Source: Thermodesulfobacteriota bacterium (GTDB lineage: Bacteria > Thermosulfidibacterota > Thermosulfidibacteria > Thermosulfidibacterales > B14-G1). Taken from it: DNA of 64,000 nucleotides. The notes below the pieces were generated by a model. That model was not told the DNA's origin and did no database searches. It worked only from the letters and a program-made list of their open reading frames with translations. The stretch is from positions 5,234-69,233 of the forward strand of contig JAJSAC010000024.1 of assembly GCA_024274915.1 (NCBI GenBank). Reading direction: 5' to 3'. Within the stretch, counting starts at the first letter, position 1. Each line of letters starts with the position of its first letter. Shown piece after piece: positions 8,639 through 17,980 of this stretch. Both the position numbers and the translations under genes were made by a program.

Positions 8639-8721
8639 GATGGGCCAGGAGCGGCGTCAGGTCTTGAACCAGGGTGTCTTGGCGAGGGACAGGGGGCAAA
8701 AGAAGAAACAAGGAGAAAACC

Positions 8722-10119
8722 ATGAAGGCTAAGGTGAAGATGATTGGGCGCTCTCTGGTTTATTTATTTGTGCTGGGGGTGGTGATGGGCTTATTTGTGG
8801 CACCCCTGGCCCTGGGCGAGGCCAGGATTTCCGTCTATCTCTCCCTCAAAAATCCTTCTGTCTCCCATGTGTGGTTCAGATGTAAGGAACTCTCCATTTC
8901 CCAGGATGGGAAGGAGTGGGTGACACTAAGGGACGATCCTGTGGGGGTGGATTCTTCTAAAGTTGCTAATGGGCAGGTACTTCTGGGCACTTTTACGGTT
9001 CCTTCCGGGACGTACAACAGTTTTAAGATCGCTTTGGAAAAAGCGGCCCTGAAAAAAGGTGGCAAACTTGTCCTCTTGTCTCTGGCCAGGAGGGAGCTCA
9101 CCATCCTCATCTTTCCCCCTTTAGACTTAAAAAGTGGCGACAGCACCTGCCTTTTCCTCCAGTGGGATGTTGAACGGTCGGTTGAGGAGGGATTCTCTTT
9201 TTCCCCTGTCATCTCCGCCAGGGTGCAGTCCATACCTTTGAGGGGGGAGTTGCTCTACGTCACCTGCGACGACATAGACACCCTCTACGTCGTTAGGGCG
9301 GACAAGAACTGGGTGGTGGGCTCCCTGGGTGTGGGGAGAGGGCCAAAGGGGCTTGAGTTGGACACTGAGCACAACAGGCTTTACGTGGTGGATTCGGGAA
9401 GTAGGGATATAAAGGTGGTGGAGCTGTCTACCAACAGGGTGGTGGACTCCATCATGCTACCTTTCGTTTTGGAGCCTACCTTCATAGAACTTTCACCCCA
9501 TGGGAGCGGGGCTTACGTGACAGATAGAAAGAGCAATTATCTTCTTAAAGTTAATCTTTCTTCTGGGATGGTGGAGAAGGAGACTGAGCTGGGCCATGGC
9601 CTTTACTATCCTCTCTATGTAGAAGACGAGGGTGTGTTGGCCGTCTCGTCACCATTGTCCCAGCTGGTGTATTTGGTCGATCCTGCTGACTTGAGGGTGA
9701 GGAGGGAGATAAGGGTGGGCTCTGCTCCTGAAGGGATTTTGGCTTACCAGGGTTACCTCTATGTGGCGGACAGAGGCTCCAACACGGTCTCGGTATACAG
9801 CTTTCGGGATGGAAGGATATTGGGCAGGGTTAACGTGGGATTTCAGCCCAGGCGTCTGGTGGGGAGTGGTAACAAAATCTATGTAAGTAACTATGGAGAG
9901 GGGACCCTCTCCCTCCTGTTGCCTGGCCGTCTAGTGGTTTTCAGGAAGATCACCGTTGGGGGGGCTCCTTTGGCCATGGCAGTGTGCGAAAGGCGCCGCT
10001 GGCTGTACGTTTTGGATAGAAAAGCCAAGAGGATCAAAGTCTTGGGACTAACCTCCGAGAGGCTGATGGCCACCATACCCCTGGGGGGCACCCCTTTTTC
10101 TGCCCGGGTTTTGCAGTGA
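8722..10119 (+). CDS. Secreted DUF4382-like N-domain + YVTN-family beta-propeller protein
   Basis: The ATG at 8722 has AGGAG at 8711-8715; the track start at 8674 is less likely. TM/signal segment LVYLFVLGVVMGLFVAPLALG. Repeats: LYVVDSGSRDIKVV, AYVTDRKSNYLLKV, LYVADRGSNTVSVY, IYVSNYGEGTLSLL, LYVLDRKAKRIKVL. Confidence 0.8.
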   Translation: MKAKVKMIGRSLVYLFVLGVVMGLFVAPLALGEARISVYLSLKNPSVSHVWFRCKELSISQDGKEWVTLRDDPVGVDSSKVANGQVLLGTFTVPSGTYNSFKIALEKAALKKGGKLVLLSLARRELTILIFPPLDLKSGDSTCLFLQWDVERSVEEGFSFSPVISARVQSIPLRGELLYVTCDDIDTLYVVRADKNWVVGSLGVGRGPKGLELDTEHNRLYVVDSGSRDIKVVELSTNRVVDSIMLPFVLEPTFIELSPHGSGAYVTDRKSNYLLKVNLSSGMVEKETELGHGLYYPLYVEDEGVLAVSSPLSQLVYLVDPADLRVRREIRVGSAPEGILAYQGYLYVADRGSNTVSVYSFRDGRILGRVNVGFQPRRLVGSGNKIYVSNYGEGTLSLLLPGRLVVFRKITVGGAPLAMAVCERRRWLYVLDRKAKRIKVLGLTSERLMATIPLGGTPFSARVLQ

Positions 10120-10122
10120 GGC

Positions 10123-10790
10123 TCAATCTTCTTTGGGTGCCCTGGTCAGGAAGGCTATGACTACTGCCAGGAGACCCAATCCGATGGCCACTTTAAAGGC
10201 CGTTTTGTATGCCACCAGGTTGGCCTCTTCTTTAGGCGTGCCCTGAGCCATAAGCTCCTTGGGGATGCTTTTGAGAAGCCTGGCCTTGATAAACCTGGGG
10301 CCCACGAATCCAGCCAGTCCCCAGGCGGTAAAGACACCGGCATAGATATCGCCCAGGTTTTTGGTACCGAAGTAGTCGGCCGTGGCGGCAGGGAAAAGGG
10401 CAAAATTGGAGCCATAGGAAGCACCAAAGGTCATTAGGGCCGGGGCGTAACCGACGGTGGTCCCGGCTATGTTGGTGAAAGCCATGATGGTACACATGAG
10501 GGCGGTTACACTGAAAAAGGCCAGCATGGCTACCCTTCTGCCCGAGGCGTCGGAAAGCCAGCCTGCCAGGATCCTTCCGAAACCGTTAAGGATAGATAGG
10601 AAGCCGATGAGAAAAGCTGCCGTTTCTTGGGAGATGCCAAGGGTTTTGGCCAGGGGGGCGATGAGGGAGATGACCATAAGACCTAACCAGCGTTGCCCAG
10701 GAAGGCCAACCACAGGGACCAAAAGGCCCAGGTCTTGATGGCTTCCGTGAGGCTCCAGTCCTTCTCAGTGGTGACGGTTTTGGTTTCTTG
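10123..10790 (-). pseudogene. MFS transporter (oxalate/formate-antiporter-like) remnant: C-terminal half only, with a frameshift
   Basis: The track ORF 10123..10722 encodes only about 6 TM helices of an MFS C-terminal half (..GRILAGWLSDASGRR..). The central-loop segment (QETKTVTTEKDWSLTEAIKTWAFWSLWLAFLGNAG*) lies in another frame at 10685-10790. Further upstream is not membrane-like and is occupied by a + strand gene. Confidence 0.65.
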
Positions 10791-10899
10791 GTGGGAGGGG
10801 AGGAATGGGAGAAATTTTTTGTTGAAACCTCTTGAAAAACGAATCGTTTGGGTATATCTGGGCGATCTTTGGGCTGGAAGGATATGTTTTAGGGAGGGT

Positions 10900-11505
10900 T
10901 TGTTGAGAAAGATTAGGTTTTTGTTGGTTGCACTGGGACTGTTGGTTTGTTCCCCTCCTCTATGGGGTGGAGAGGGGCGAAACAGCCGGATCTATCTGGA
11001 ACAATGGGACACAATCCTGGAGGCCTCCAGGAAGTATGATCTTAGCCCATTGCTTGTGTGGGCAGTGATCAGCGTGGAGTCTGAATTTTCTTCTCCTTAT
11101 GTGATGGGGATGGACAGGAGCGCAAAGGTTTTGGCTGCTTTGAAGAGGGCTTCCCAAAAGGCGAGGTTTGTGGTGAGAAAGGTGTCTAGATCCAGGTTGG
11201 CCGTGTTCCCAGCTTCCAGGATTGACGGGGAAAGGGTGATTCGGGTGCTGGAAGCTGCCGGGGTCAGTTTTGACGTTGGCCTGGGGCAGATAAACAACCG
11301 AACCGCCAGGAGCTTTGGTGTAGACCCGGTCAGTCTGCTGGATATGAAGCACAACGTCACTTTCACGGCTTTTTATCTGAGGAGAATCATAGACAAGCAC
11401 GGTGCGGACCGGGTCTGGAAATACAATGGGAGCCGTGCTTACCGGAGGAAGCTCCTGGCGAGATTGGAGGCTGCCAGCAGGGGTTCTGCCGGGAGCTTTG
11501 AGTAG
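10900..11505 (+). CDS. Lytic transglycosylase (SLT domain)
   Basis: SLT motifs: WAVISVESEFS, GLGQINNRTA, AFYLRRIIDKHG. The likely TTG start at 10900/10903 gives the N-terminal hydrophobic segment LLRKIRFLLVALGLLVCS. The longer track ORF from 10693 overlaps the MFS remnant. Confidence 0.7.
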   Translation: MLRKIRFLLVALGLLVCSPPLWGGEGRNSRIYLEQWDTILEASRKYDLSPLLVWAVISVESEFSSPYVMGMDRSAKVLAALKRASQKARFVVRKVSRSRLAVFPASRIDGERVIRVLEAAGVSFDVGLGQINNRTARSFGVDPVSLLDMKHNVTFTAFYLRRIIDKHGADRVWKYNGSRAYRRKLLARLEAASRGSAGSFE

Positions 11506-11536
11506 GTTTGGGATGGGGAGAGGAGGTTCGAATTGG

Positions 11537-14290
11537 TTAATTCCTCAATCTCTCCCCCACGCCGTACTTAAACTCGAAGCCTTTTTCGCGGAAGAGGCGT
11601 AGGCAGGCGTCGGCCACTTGGGGGTCGTAGGTTTTCCCTCTGTTTTGGTCTATCTCTTCCAGGGCCTTTTCGATGCCCAGGGCAGGTCGATAAGGCCTGT
11701 GGGAAGACATGGCTTCTACCACGTCAGCCACCGCAACAATCTTTGCTTCCAGGGCAATTTCACTCCCTCGCAAACCGTAGGGATAGCCTGAACCGTCTAT
11801 TCGCTCATGGTGTTGGAGAACCATTTTGGCCACCGGCCAGGGGAGATCAACGTCTTCCAGGATACCGTAACCTTCTAGGGGGTGCTGTTTGATAAGAGCG
11901 AACTCGAAATCGCTGAGGCGGCCTGGTTTTACCAGGATCTCAGAGGGGATGGAAATTTTTCCAAGGTCGTGTACCAGTGCACCGATGTAGATTCCATGGA
12001 TGAGCTCTTCCTGTAGCCCCATCTCCAGTGCAATGGCTTTGGCAAGCTCGGCTACCCGCTTCTGGTGGCCAGCTGTGTAGGGGTCTCTCCTGTCGATGGC
12101 CAGGGCGAGGGCGTGTACCGTCCCCTCCAGGGCCGAGCGCACTTTCCTGTCGGACTCCTTGATCTTGGTTACATCCCTTATGATCAAGGTCCAATTCCCT
12201 GGTTCAGGGGCCATCTCCACGGGATAGCTTCTGATTTCGAATATCCTCTCCTTGGGCCCCTCAACCTCCCGCCATAACTCTGGGGGGGAGGGCTTCAGGA
12301 GTTCATCGACAGGGATGTCTCCCAGTCGTTCCAACCTGTCCCCCAGTCCGATGCCCCCTAGTAGGGCAAGGTATTGACCTCCTGTAGGGTTGCAAAGGGC
12401 CACATGTTTATCTTGGTTCAGTAAGACGATGCCTTCTGGAAGGGTTTCCACAAGGGTTTGGAGGCGCTGCTCCTGGGTGGCCAAGAATTCCCTGAGTCGT
12501 TGGACGGCTACCGAAGCCTGGTTTACCACGGTCTCGAGCAGGTTTACGTGTCTTTTGGAGAAGGCGTTTTCTTGTTCAGATCCAATCATGAGTATTCCCC
12601 GGGTTCTACCCTCGGGTTCTACTGGGAGGGACACTTGGAAAGAAGAGCCCAGGCGCTCCATGGGAGCAGGTTTCTTTTTTTCGAGTTCCCGAAACCTGAG
12701 GGTGATCTTCCTGTCTGCGATCTCTTCCCGGAAGGTTTCCAACAGGATCTGCTTTATTTCATTCAGGACTTCCTGGGATAAAGTTCGGGAGGGATAAACC
12801 ACTAGGTCAACCACCTGGTCTGTTGCCAGTAGCGTGGCGGCTACGTCGAAGTTCATAACTTCCTGAAGCCCGGTCACCACAAGGCGGAAAATCTCGTCGT
12901 AGCTTAGGGTATAACCAAACTTTTTGGTCACCTCGTAAAGGGTTTGGAGCTCGAAGGTTCGCTGGCGTACCCGTTCCTCCAAGGTGGCGTTGAGTTCCAT
13001 CAGTTTCTTCTCGTAGTGCTGGACTCTAATTACGGATGAGAAGGTGAGGAATAAGTCCTCGAGCACTCCCCTTTGCCTGTCGTTCAGGGCGTTTGTCCTG
13101 CTACTTACCAGCCCCAGGATGTTCTTTTCTTCTCCCTCCAGTTGGAGGGGAAAGATGAAGGCAGAGCGGAAGCCATGTTTTGCCACAAGCTCGGCTGCAG
13201 GTGATGGAAGTTGGTGTAGGTCTGGGATGTAAACGGACCTTCCCTCTTCTATCACTTTTTTGAAGCTTGACTGGAGTTTGATGGATTTGCCGGATGGGGG
13301 GAAAATTCTGTGGGCTTCCTGGGTCAGGGCTTGGACTTTGTTCTGGAAACCTCTGCGGATCCATTGGGGTACAAGATGGATCCCGTCCTTGGTTATGATC
13401 CAGGCGAGTATGGCATCTATGGGTAGTTCTTTACCCATGAGCTCATAGGCCTTTTCCAGGGCTTCTCCAGGGTTTCGCCGTGAGAGTATCCGATGGATTC
13501 GGTGGACCAGATTTTCTAGGCTCCTCTGTTCCATCTCTTCCGTGACATCTATCAACACGCCGGTAAAGGCTGCCAGCTCGCCTTTGGGGCTGTGTTCAAC
13601 TTTTACCTGGTCGCGGAGGCAGACCCAGCTTCCGTCTCTGCGACGGAAGCGGTATTCGATGATCAGGGTTTCTTTGCCCCTGAGGAGGGACTGGAAAGCA
13701 TGGATCACCTTTGGTCTGTCTTCAGGGTGGACGTTGCGATACCACAGATTTGGTCGGGTTTTGAAATCCTCCAGGGAATAACCGAGGAGGTCTTCCATGG
13801 GGCCGTGGATCTCGAGGCCCTGGAGGGTAGAGGGTCTGGTTTCGCCCCTGGAGGAGATGAGTTCCATGGGCAGGGGATAGCGCCATACTAAGGCTCGGGC
13901 GCGGAGGAGTATGTGACTGAGGGCTTCCCCCAGTTGTGCAGCGTGCCTGGCCTCTTCGGCAATGGCCTTCAGTACTTGTCTGAGGGAGACTTGGCCCAGT
14001 AGTTTTTCTCCCTTCAGCACCAGCCCCAAAGGGCAGGAGGAATTTGCCAGTATTTCTGCTGCCTCCGGCAAAGAGAGGTTTGGGGACAGAAGGGGAGGAT
14101 CTACCAGGGGGAGGTCAACCACCAAGCGCGTGCTGGGGTAGCCTATTGCCATCTGGGGAAGCAAAAGGCGCCAGCGGTCCCTGCAAAGTACAGCCACGGG
14201 ACCTCCCCGGGTGAGGTTTTTTTGGATATCTTTTAAGATGGTTCTGTCGTGACAGGTTACGGCTGGCTGAAGAAGATCTCGGATCACCAT
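11537..14290 (-). CDS. Multidomain HD-GYP c-di-GMP phosphodiesterase (CBS-like, PAS, GAF, PAS, HD-GYP)
   Basis: C-terminal HDLGKISIP...HHERIDGSGYPYGL. PAS-like (PEDRPKVIHAFQ..EYRFRRRDGSWV) and GAF-like segments lie upstream. Confidence 0.85.
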   Translation of the reverse strand: MVIRDLLQPAVTCHDRTILKDIQKNLTRGGPVAVLCRDRWRLLLPQMAIGYPSTRLVVDLPLVDPPLLSPNLSLPEAAEILANSSCPLGLVLKGEKLLGQVSLRQVLKAIAEEARHAAQLGEALSHILLRARALVWRYPLPMELISSRGETRPSTLQGLEIHGPMEDLLGYSLEDFKTRPNLWYRNVHPEDRPKVIHAFQSLLRGKETLIIEYRFRRRDGSWVCLRDQVKVEHSPKGELAAFTGVLIDVTEEMEQRSLENLVHRIHRILSRRNPGEALEKAYELMGKELPIDAILAWIITKDGIHLVPQWIRRGFQNKVQALTQEAHRIFPPSGKSIKLQSSFKKVIEEGRSVYIPDLHQLPSPAAELVAKHGFRSAFIFPLQLEGEEKNILGLVSSRTNALNDRQRGVLEDLFLTFSSVIRVQHYEKKLMELNATLEERVRQRTFELQTLYEVTKKFGYTLSYDEIFRLVVTGLQEVMNFDVAATLLATDQVVDLVVYPSRTLSQEVLNEIKQILLETFREEIADRKITLRFRELEKKKPAPMERLGSSFQVSLPVEPEGRTRGILMIGSEQENAFSKRHVNLLETVVNQASVAVQRLREFLATQEQRLQTLVETLPEGIVLLNQDKHVALCNPTGGQYLALLGGIGLGDRLERLGDIPVDELLKPSPPELWREVEGPKERIFEIRSYPVEMAPEPGNWTLIIRDVTKIKESDRKVRSALEGTVHALALAIDRRDPYTAGHQKRVAELAKAIALEMGLQEELIHGIYIGALVHDLGKISIPSEILVKPGRLSDFEFALIKQHPLEGYGILEDVDLPWPVAKMVLQHHERIDGSGYPYGLRGSEIALEAKIVAVADVVEAMSSHRPYRPALGIEKALEEIDQNRGKTYDPQVADACLRLFREKGFEFKYGVGERLRN

Positions 14291-14306
14291 GCCTTATTCC
14301 CTTTCG

Positions 14307-14687
14307 TCACTCTCCAATTCTTTCCTCAACTTCTATCTCTATGTCCACAGTGACGTGCAGAGAATCCGTTTCATCCATGAGATCACTGGTGTGGCGGAGG
14401 ATGAGGGAAAGGAACTCCTCTTCAGGGAGTTTCTTCAGGTCTGACCTCCGGACTATCACTGCCTCTATAGTGGGATGTTCTATTAGGATGGTCTTGTAGA
14501 TCCCGGGGGTCATGTCCTCTAGGGCTCGTGACAGGGCTGTTGCGCCCACGGGAGCGTGTTTCCCCACAACCAGGGCGTCTCGGATTGGTGGTAGTGCAAA
14601 CTTGGTGAATTTCATCCTCACTGTCGCTCTCTTGACCGATTGCTTGCCAGATGGTGTTTTTTTCACTTCTTGGGCCATTCTTTCCAT
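14307..14687 (-). CDS. Hypothetical protein (126 aa), upstream of and co-directional with the HD-GYP gene
   Basis: ORF only; no motif recognised. There is a 16-nt gap to the HD-GYP start. The start codon is uncertain (M1, M4 or M25). Confidence 0.4.
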   Translation of the reverse strand: MERMAQEVKKTPSGKQSVKRATVRMKFTKFALPPIRDALVVGKHAPVGATALSRALEDMTPGIYKTILIEHPTIEAVIVRRSDLKKLPEEEFLSLILRHTSDLMDETDSLHVTVDIEIEVEERIGE

Positions 14688-15263
14688 TCCCCCCTTCTTT
14701 TTCCTTTGGGTCCGAGCGATTGCAATGAATGCCCTTGTTTCTTTTGCCCATGGGATTTGTTTTAGAGAAAGGCTTCATTCCAATGGGCCGATTCCTATCT
14801 TTTATTTTAGTGGTTGTTTTAACTTCACTAAATGGTGAATCGAATTAGTAATACCATGTTTGCGAAGCTTCGTCAACATAATAACTAATTTTTTAGGATT
14901 TATGGCCATTATACATACGGTATTATATGCTAATACATTATATGCTCAAGCCCCTCCCTTTGCCATGCTGGACACTTGTAAAAGTGTGGGTTGTGGAGGG
15001 AGGAAATGTCCTGGGATCCCTGTGAAGGCGGGGACTTGGACAATTGGGGAATTGCCCGTTATAGCTTCCAATGTAGGGCCCATGAGGGTGTGTGGCTTAA
15101 GATAGAGGAAATGTTGGGGAAGCTGCTGGCCCGGGTAGTTGGAGTGGAAAGCCCAAGGGTTCATATCAGTGTTCAAGGGCAGATGCTTCTCCCTGTTAAT
15201 GTTTTTTTTAACGTGTTATGTTTACGGGGGAATATGGGTTATTGATTGTTTCTTTGGTATCTT

Positions 15264-15338
15264 TGGAGGCGGCACCCGGATTCGAACCGGGGAATGAGGG
15301 ATTTGCAGTCCCCTGCCTTACCACTTGGCTATGCCGCC
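15264..15338 (-). tRNA. tRNA-Cys (GCA), CCA encoded
   Basis: The reverse complement GGCGGCAUAGCCAAGUGGUAAGGCAGGGGACUGCAAAUCCCCUCAUUCCCCGGUUCGAAUCCGGGUGCCGCCUCCA folds as a cloverleaf. Anticodon loop CUGCAAA, discriminator U. Confidence 0.95.
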
Positions 15339-15348
15339 TGATAGGAGA

Positions 15349-15423
15349 TGGAGCGGGAAACGGGATTTGAACCCGCGACCCCTGCCTTGGCAAGGCAGTG
15401 CTCTACCCCTGAGCTATTCCCGC
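15349..15423 (-). tRNA. tRNA-Gly (GCC), CCA encoded
   Basis: The reverse complement is GCGGGAAUAGCUCAGGGGUAGAGCACUGCCUUGCCAAGGCAGGGGUCGCGGGUUCAAAUCCCGUUUCCCGCUCCA. The 7-bp acceptor stem is GCGGGAA/UUCCCGC and the anticodon loop is UUGCCAA. Confidence 0.95.
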
Positions 15424-15554
15424 CCTTGGTGAAGGGATTTATATATTTCTTCCTCCTGGGTGTCAAGATGGGAGCTCGCCCCCTTTTTGACCTTGATAGC
15501 CAGGCCCTCTGGGTATAAAGAAGGGGCACATAAGGAGCCTAGGAGGAGTGGAGC

Positions 15555-17411
15555 ATGCTTAGGACCATGCGGCAGAATATGAAGTCCCTCAGTATCGCAT
15601 TGTGGATCGTGGTGGCTGCGTTCATCGGTACCATTTTCTTGGTTTGGGGAAGGGGTAGCCAGCGGGGAGGCAGGGATGTGCTGGCCCACGTGGGCGACAA
15701 GGTGATCACATACATGGAGTACAGGAAAGCCTACGTTAAGTCCTATGACTTCTACAGAAAAATGTTTGGGAGCAAGTTCAATGAGGATTTGGTTAAGAAG
15801 CTTCATTTAAAAGAGCAGGTTTTAAACAGTCTGATAAATGACAAGTTGGTGGAAGTGGTGGCTGAAAAGGAGGGTATCAAGGTCTATCCAAAAGAGGTGG
15901 TGGATGAAATCGCTCGGATGGAGGTCTTCAAGACCAACGGCGGGTTTGATCCTAAAAAGTATGAGAGGGTTCTTCAGGTCAACAGGCTCACTCCAGAAGA
16001 GTTTGAGGAGGATGTAAGGCGGTCTCTTCTGAAGGAGAAAGTACTGACTCTGGTGGAAGACTCGACTGCCGTGGCCAAAGCCGAGGTCAGGGATGAAATT
16101 GTCTATGGCATGGAGAAGGTGAAGGTAGAGTATGTTGAGCTTTCTCCCCGTTTACTCACGGATAGGGTTAAAGTGAGCCCAGGGGACTTGAAGACTTATT
16201 ATGAAAAGCACAAGGAGGAGTTCAGGGTCCCGGATAAAGTGAAAATAACCTATCTCCCCTTCATCATAGAGGGATTCAAGAGGAGGGTGAAGGTTTCAGA
16301 AACAGAGGTAGAGAGGTATTATCAAGAGAACAAGGAAGACTTTCCCGCTTCCCCTCAGCTCCATCTCCTGGTCATATCGGTAAAAGACAAGAAGACCCTG
16401 GCCAGGGTGCTGGATGCTCTGAAGAAAGGGGAGTTCTCCAAGGTGGCGAGGCGTTATTCCCTGGATTTCGTGGCCTCAAAAGGAGGGGACATGGGGTGGG
16501 TGACCCTTTCTAACCTTCCTCCTCCTGTGAGCCGGGCCCTGAAATCCGTTAGTGTTGGTGGGGTCTCGTCCCCCGTGAAGGTGGACGGGGAATATAAGAT
16601 TTTCAAGTTGGTGGATAAGAAAGAGGGGGGCGTGAAGTCGTTAGAGGAGGTTAAGGGCCAGATCCTGGAGCGTTTGCTTGCTGAAAAGGCACGGAAGGAG
16701 GCCCTTAGGACTGCTGCTAAGGCCAGGAAGATGTTGAGGGAAGGGGTGCCACTGGAGGAGGTGTCTAAGAGATTGGGGGTGGGGCTGGTTTCCACTCCCC
16801 TTTTGGCCAGGGATGGGGTGATCCCTGGGGTGCCCAGTTCTTTCAAGTTGCTCCAGGTGGCCTTTGCATTACAAGAGAGGAGGGTTTCCGACATCATTCG
16901 CACGCCGGAAGGGTTCTACATCTTGAGGGTCCAGGAGAAAAGAAGGTCTTATGTACCCTCGTTGGACGAGGTGAAGGCCCGAGTGGAAGAGGCTGTCAAG
17001 TTGGAGAAGGCTGGGGTTCTCCTGGACAAAGAGGGGGGCAAGCTTGCCCAATTGGCTAAAAAGAAGGGGTGGAAAGGGGCCCTTAAAGAGCTGGGAATTT
17101 CTGGTGTGGGGGTGAAAGAGTCTTCATATTTTACCAGGGCCGATGCTGGAGCCTGGGGCAAGGACCTTGTAGACAGAGCCTTTGCCATGGATAAGGGCAT
17201 GTTTTCCTGGATCCACAAAGGGAAAAAGGTGCTGGTTTTCAGGTTGGTAGACCACCGAGGCGTTAGTGAGACCGTCATATCCAAACTTTTTCCTCAGGTT
17301 GAAAGGATCTTGCTGGAGAGAAGGAGAAGGGAGTTGCTGGATCAGTGGTTGAAAGAGCTCCGGGAGAGAGTGGAGGTGAAGGTGAATCAGAAACTCTGGG
17401 AGGCCCTCTAA
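15555..17411 (+). CDS. ppiD: Periplasmic chaperone PpiD (membrane-anchored parvulin-like PPIase)
   Basis: N-terminal anchor MLRTMRQNMKSLSIALWIVVAAFIGTIFLVWG, a SurA-N-like region and a parvulin-like domain (HLLVISVKDKK...GGDMGWV). 618 aa. Confidence 0.85.
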   Translation: MLRTMRQNMKSLSIALWIVVAAFIGTIFLVWGRGSQRGGRDVLAHVGDKVITYMEYRKAYVKSYDFYRKMFGSKFNEDLVKKLHLKEQVLNSLINDKLVEVVAEKEGIKVYPKEVVDEIARMEVFKTNGGFDPKKYERVLQVNRLTPEEFEEDVRRSLLKEKVLTLVEDSTAVAKAEVRDEIVYGMEKVKVEYVELSPRLLTDRVKVSPGDLKTYYEKHKEEFRVPDKVKITYLPFIIEGFKRRVKVSETEVERYYQENKEDFPASPQLHLLVISVKDKKTLARVLDALKKGEFSKVARRYSLDFVASKGGDMGWVTLSNLPPPVSRALKSVSVGGVSSPVKVDGEYKIFKLVDKKEGGVKSLEEVKGQILERLLAEKARKEALRTAAKARKMLREGVPLEEVSKRLGVGLVSTPLLARDGVIPGVPSSFKLLQVAFALQERRVSDIIRTPEGFYILRVQEKRRSYVPSLDEVKARVEEAVKLEKAGVLLDKEGGKLAQLAKKKGWKGALKELGISGVGVKESSYFTRADAGAWGKDLVDRAFAMDKGMFSWIHKGKKVLVFRLVDHRGVSETVISKLFPQVERILLERRRRELLDQWLKELRERVEVKVNQKLWEAL

Positions 17412-17980
17412 TGGACATCCCCCGGGGATATAGGCTCAAGAAGGTGTTGATGGACCATGTGTCCATGGATAGGACCTTGACCCGCATGGTCCACGAGGTG
17501 TTGGAGAGGAGCCGAGGTGGAGAAGATTTGGCTTTTGTGGGGATAAAGAGGAGGGGTGATGTGTTAGCTGCCCGGATGGCCCGGAAGCTGGAGAAGGTGG
17601 TGGGAGGGGAGATACCTTTGGGGAAATTGGACATTACCCTTTACAGGGATGACTTGAGCCTTTTGGATTTTCAGCCTAGAGTGGGAAGGACGGAGATCCC
17701 CTTTTACATAGAGGGCAAGAGGGTGGTCTTGGTGGACGATGTGATATTTACAGGCAGGACCATCAGGGCGGCCCTTGATGCCCTCATGGATTTGGGGAGG
17801 CCTAAGGCCATCCAGTTGGCTGTGTTAGTGGATAGGGGACACAGAGAGCTTCCCATTCAGCCGGACTATGTGGGTAAGGTGGTTCCCACTTCCCATAGTG
17901 AGAACGTGTTGGTTTTCATTGAAGAGGTGGACCACGAAGACAAGGTGATTTTGGTGGAGGCAGAAGATGCTCAGGGGTAG
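17411..17980 (+). CDS. pyrR: Bifunctional pyrimidine regulator / uracil phosphoribosyltransferase PyrR
   Basis: The ATG at 17411 overlaps the ppiD TAA (TAATG). PRTase motif [18 protein letters not shown]. The N-terminus is typical of PyrR. Confidence 0.9.
   Translation: MDIPRGYRLKKVLMDHVSMDRTLTRMVHEVLERSRGGEDLAFVGIKRRGDVLAARMARKLEKVVGGEIPLGKLDITLYRDDLSLLDFQPRVGRTEIPFYIEGKRVVLVDDVIFTGRTIRAALDALMDLGRPKAIQLAVLVDRGHRELPIQPDYVGKVVPTSHSENVLVFIEEVDHEDKVILVEAEDAQG

Noticed and set aside
10693-10899. Upstream 69 codons of the lytic transglycosylase ORF.
   Set aside because: This part overlaps the MFS remnant, and the encoded sequence shows no signal peptide. A TTG at 10900/10903 yields the expected N-terminal hydrophobic anchor directly followed by the SLT domain.
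14860-15105. 81-aa Cys-containing ORF (TTG start) as a possible small secreted peptide or RiPP precursor.
   Set aside because: There is no ribosome-binding site before any candidate start and no adjacent modification genes. It overlaps the AT-rich promoter-like region and the hairpin-forming segment. It is probably non-coding.
14950-15215. RNase P RNA or SRP RNA in the gene-free region. GAGGAAATGTCCTGGG resembles GAGGAAAGUCCGGGC, and GGAAGCTGCTGG vaguely resembles the SRP GGAAGCAGCC.
   Set aside because: The matches are imperfect. The other universally conserved blocks (for example ACAGAACCCGGCUUA for RNase P, and the SRP helix-8 symmetric loop) are absent on both strands. The length of about 260 nt is too short for RNase P. 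The region is kept only as an unclassified possible structured RNA.
17300-17980. PyrR-binding attenuator (anti-antiterminator hairpin) around pyrR/pyrB.
   Set aside because: pyrR overlaps the ppiD stop and pyrB overlaps pyrR, leaving no leader. I found no ARUCCAGAGAGGYU-like element in the vicinity.
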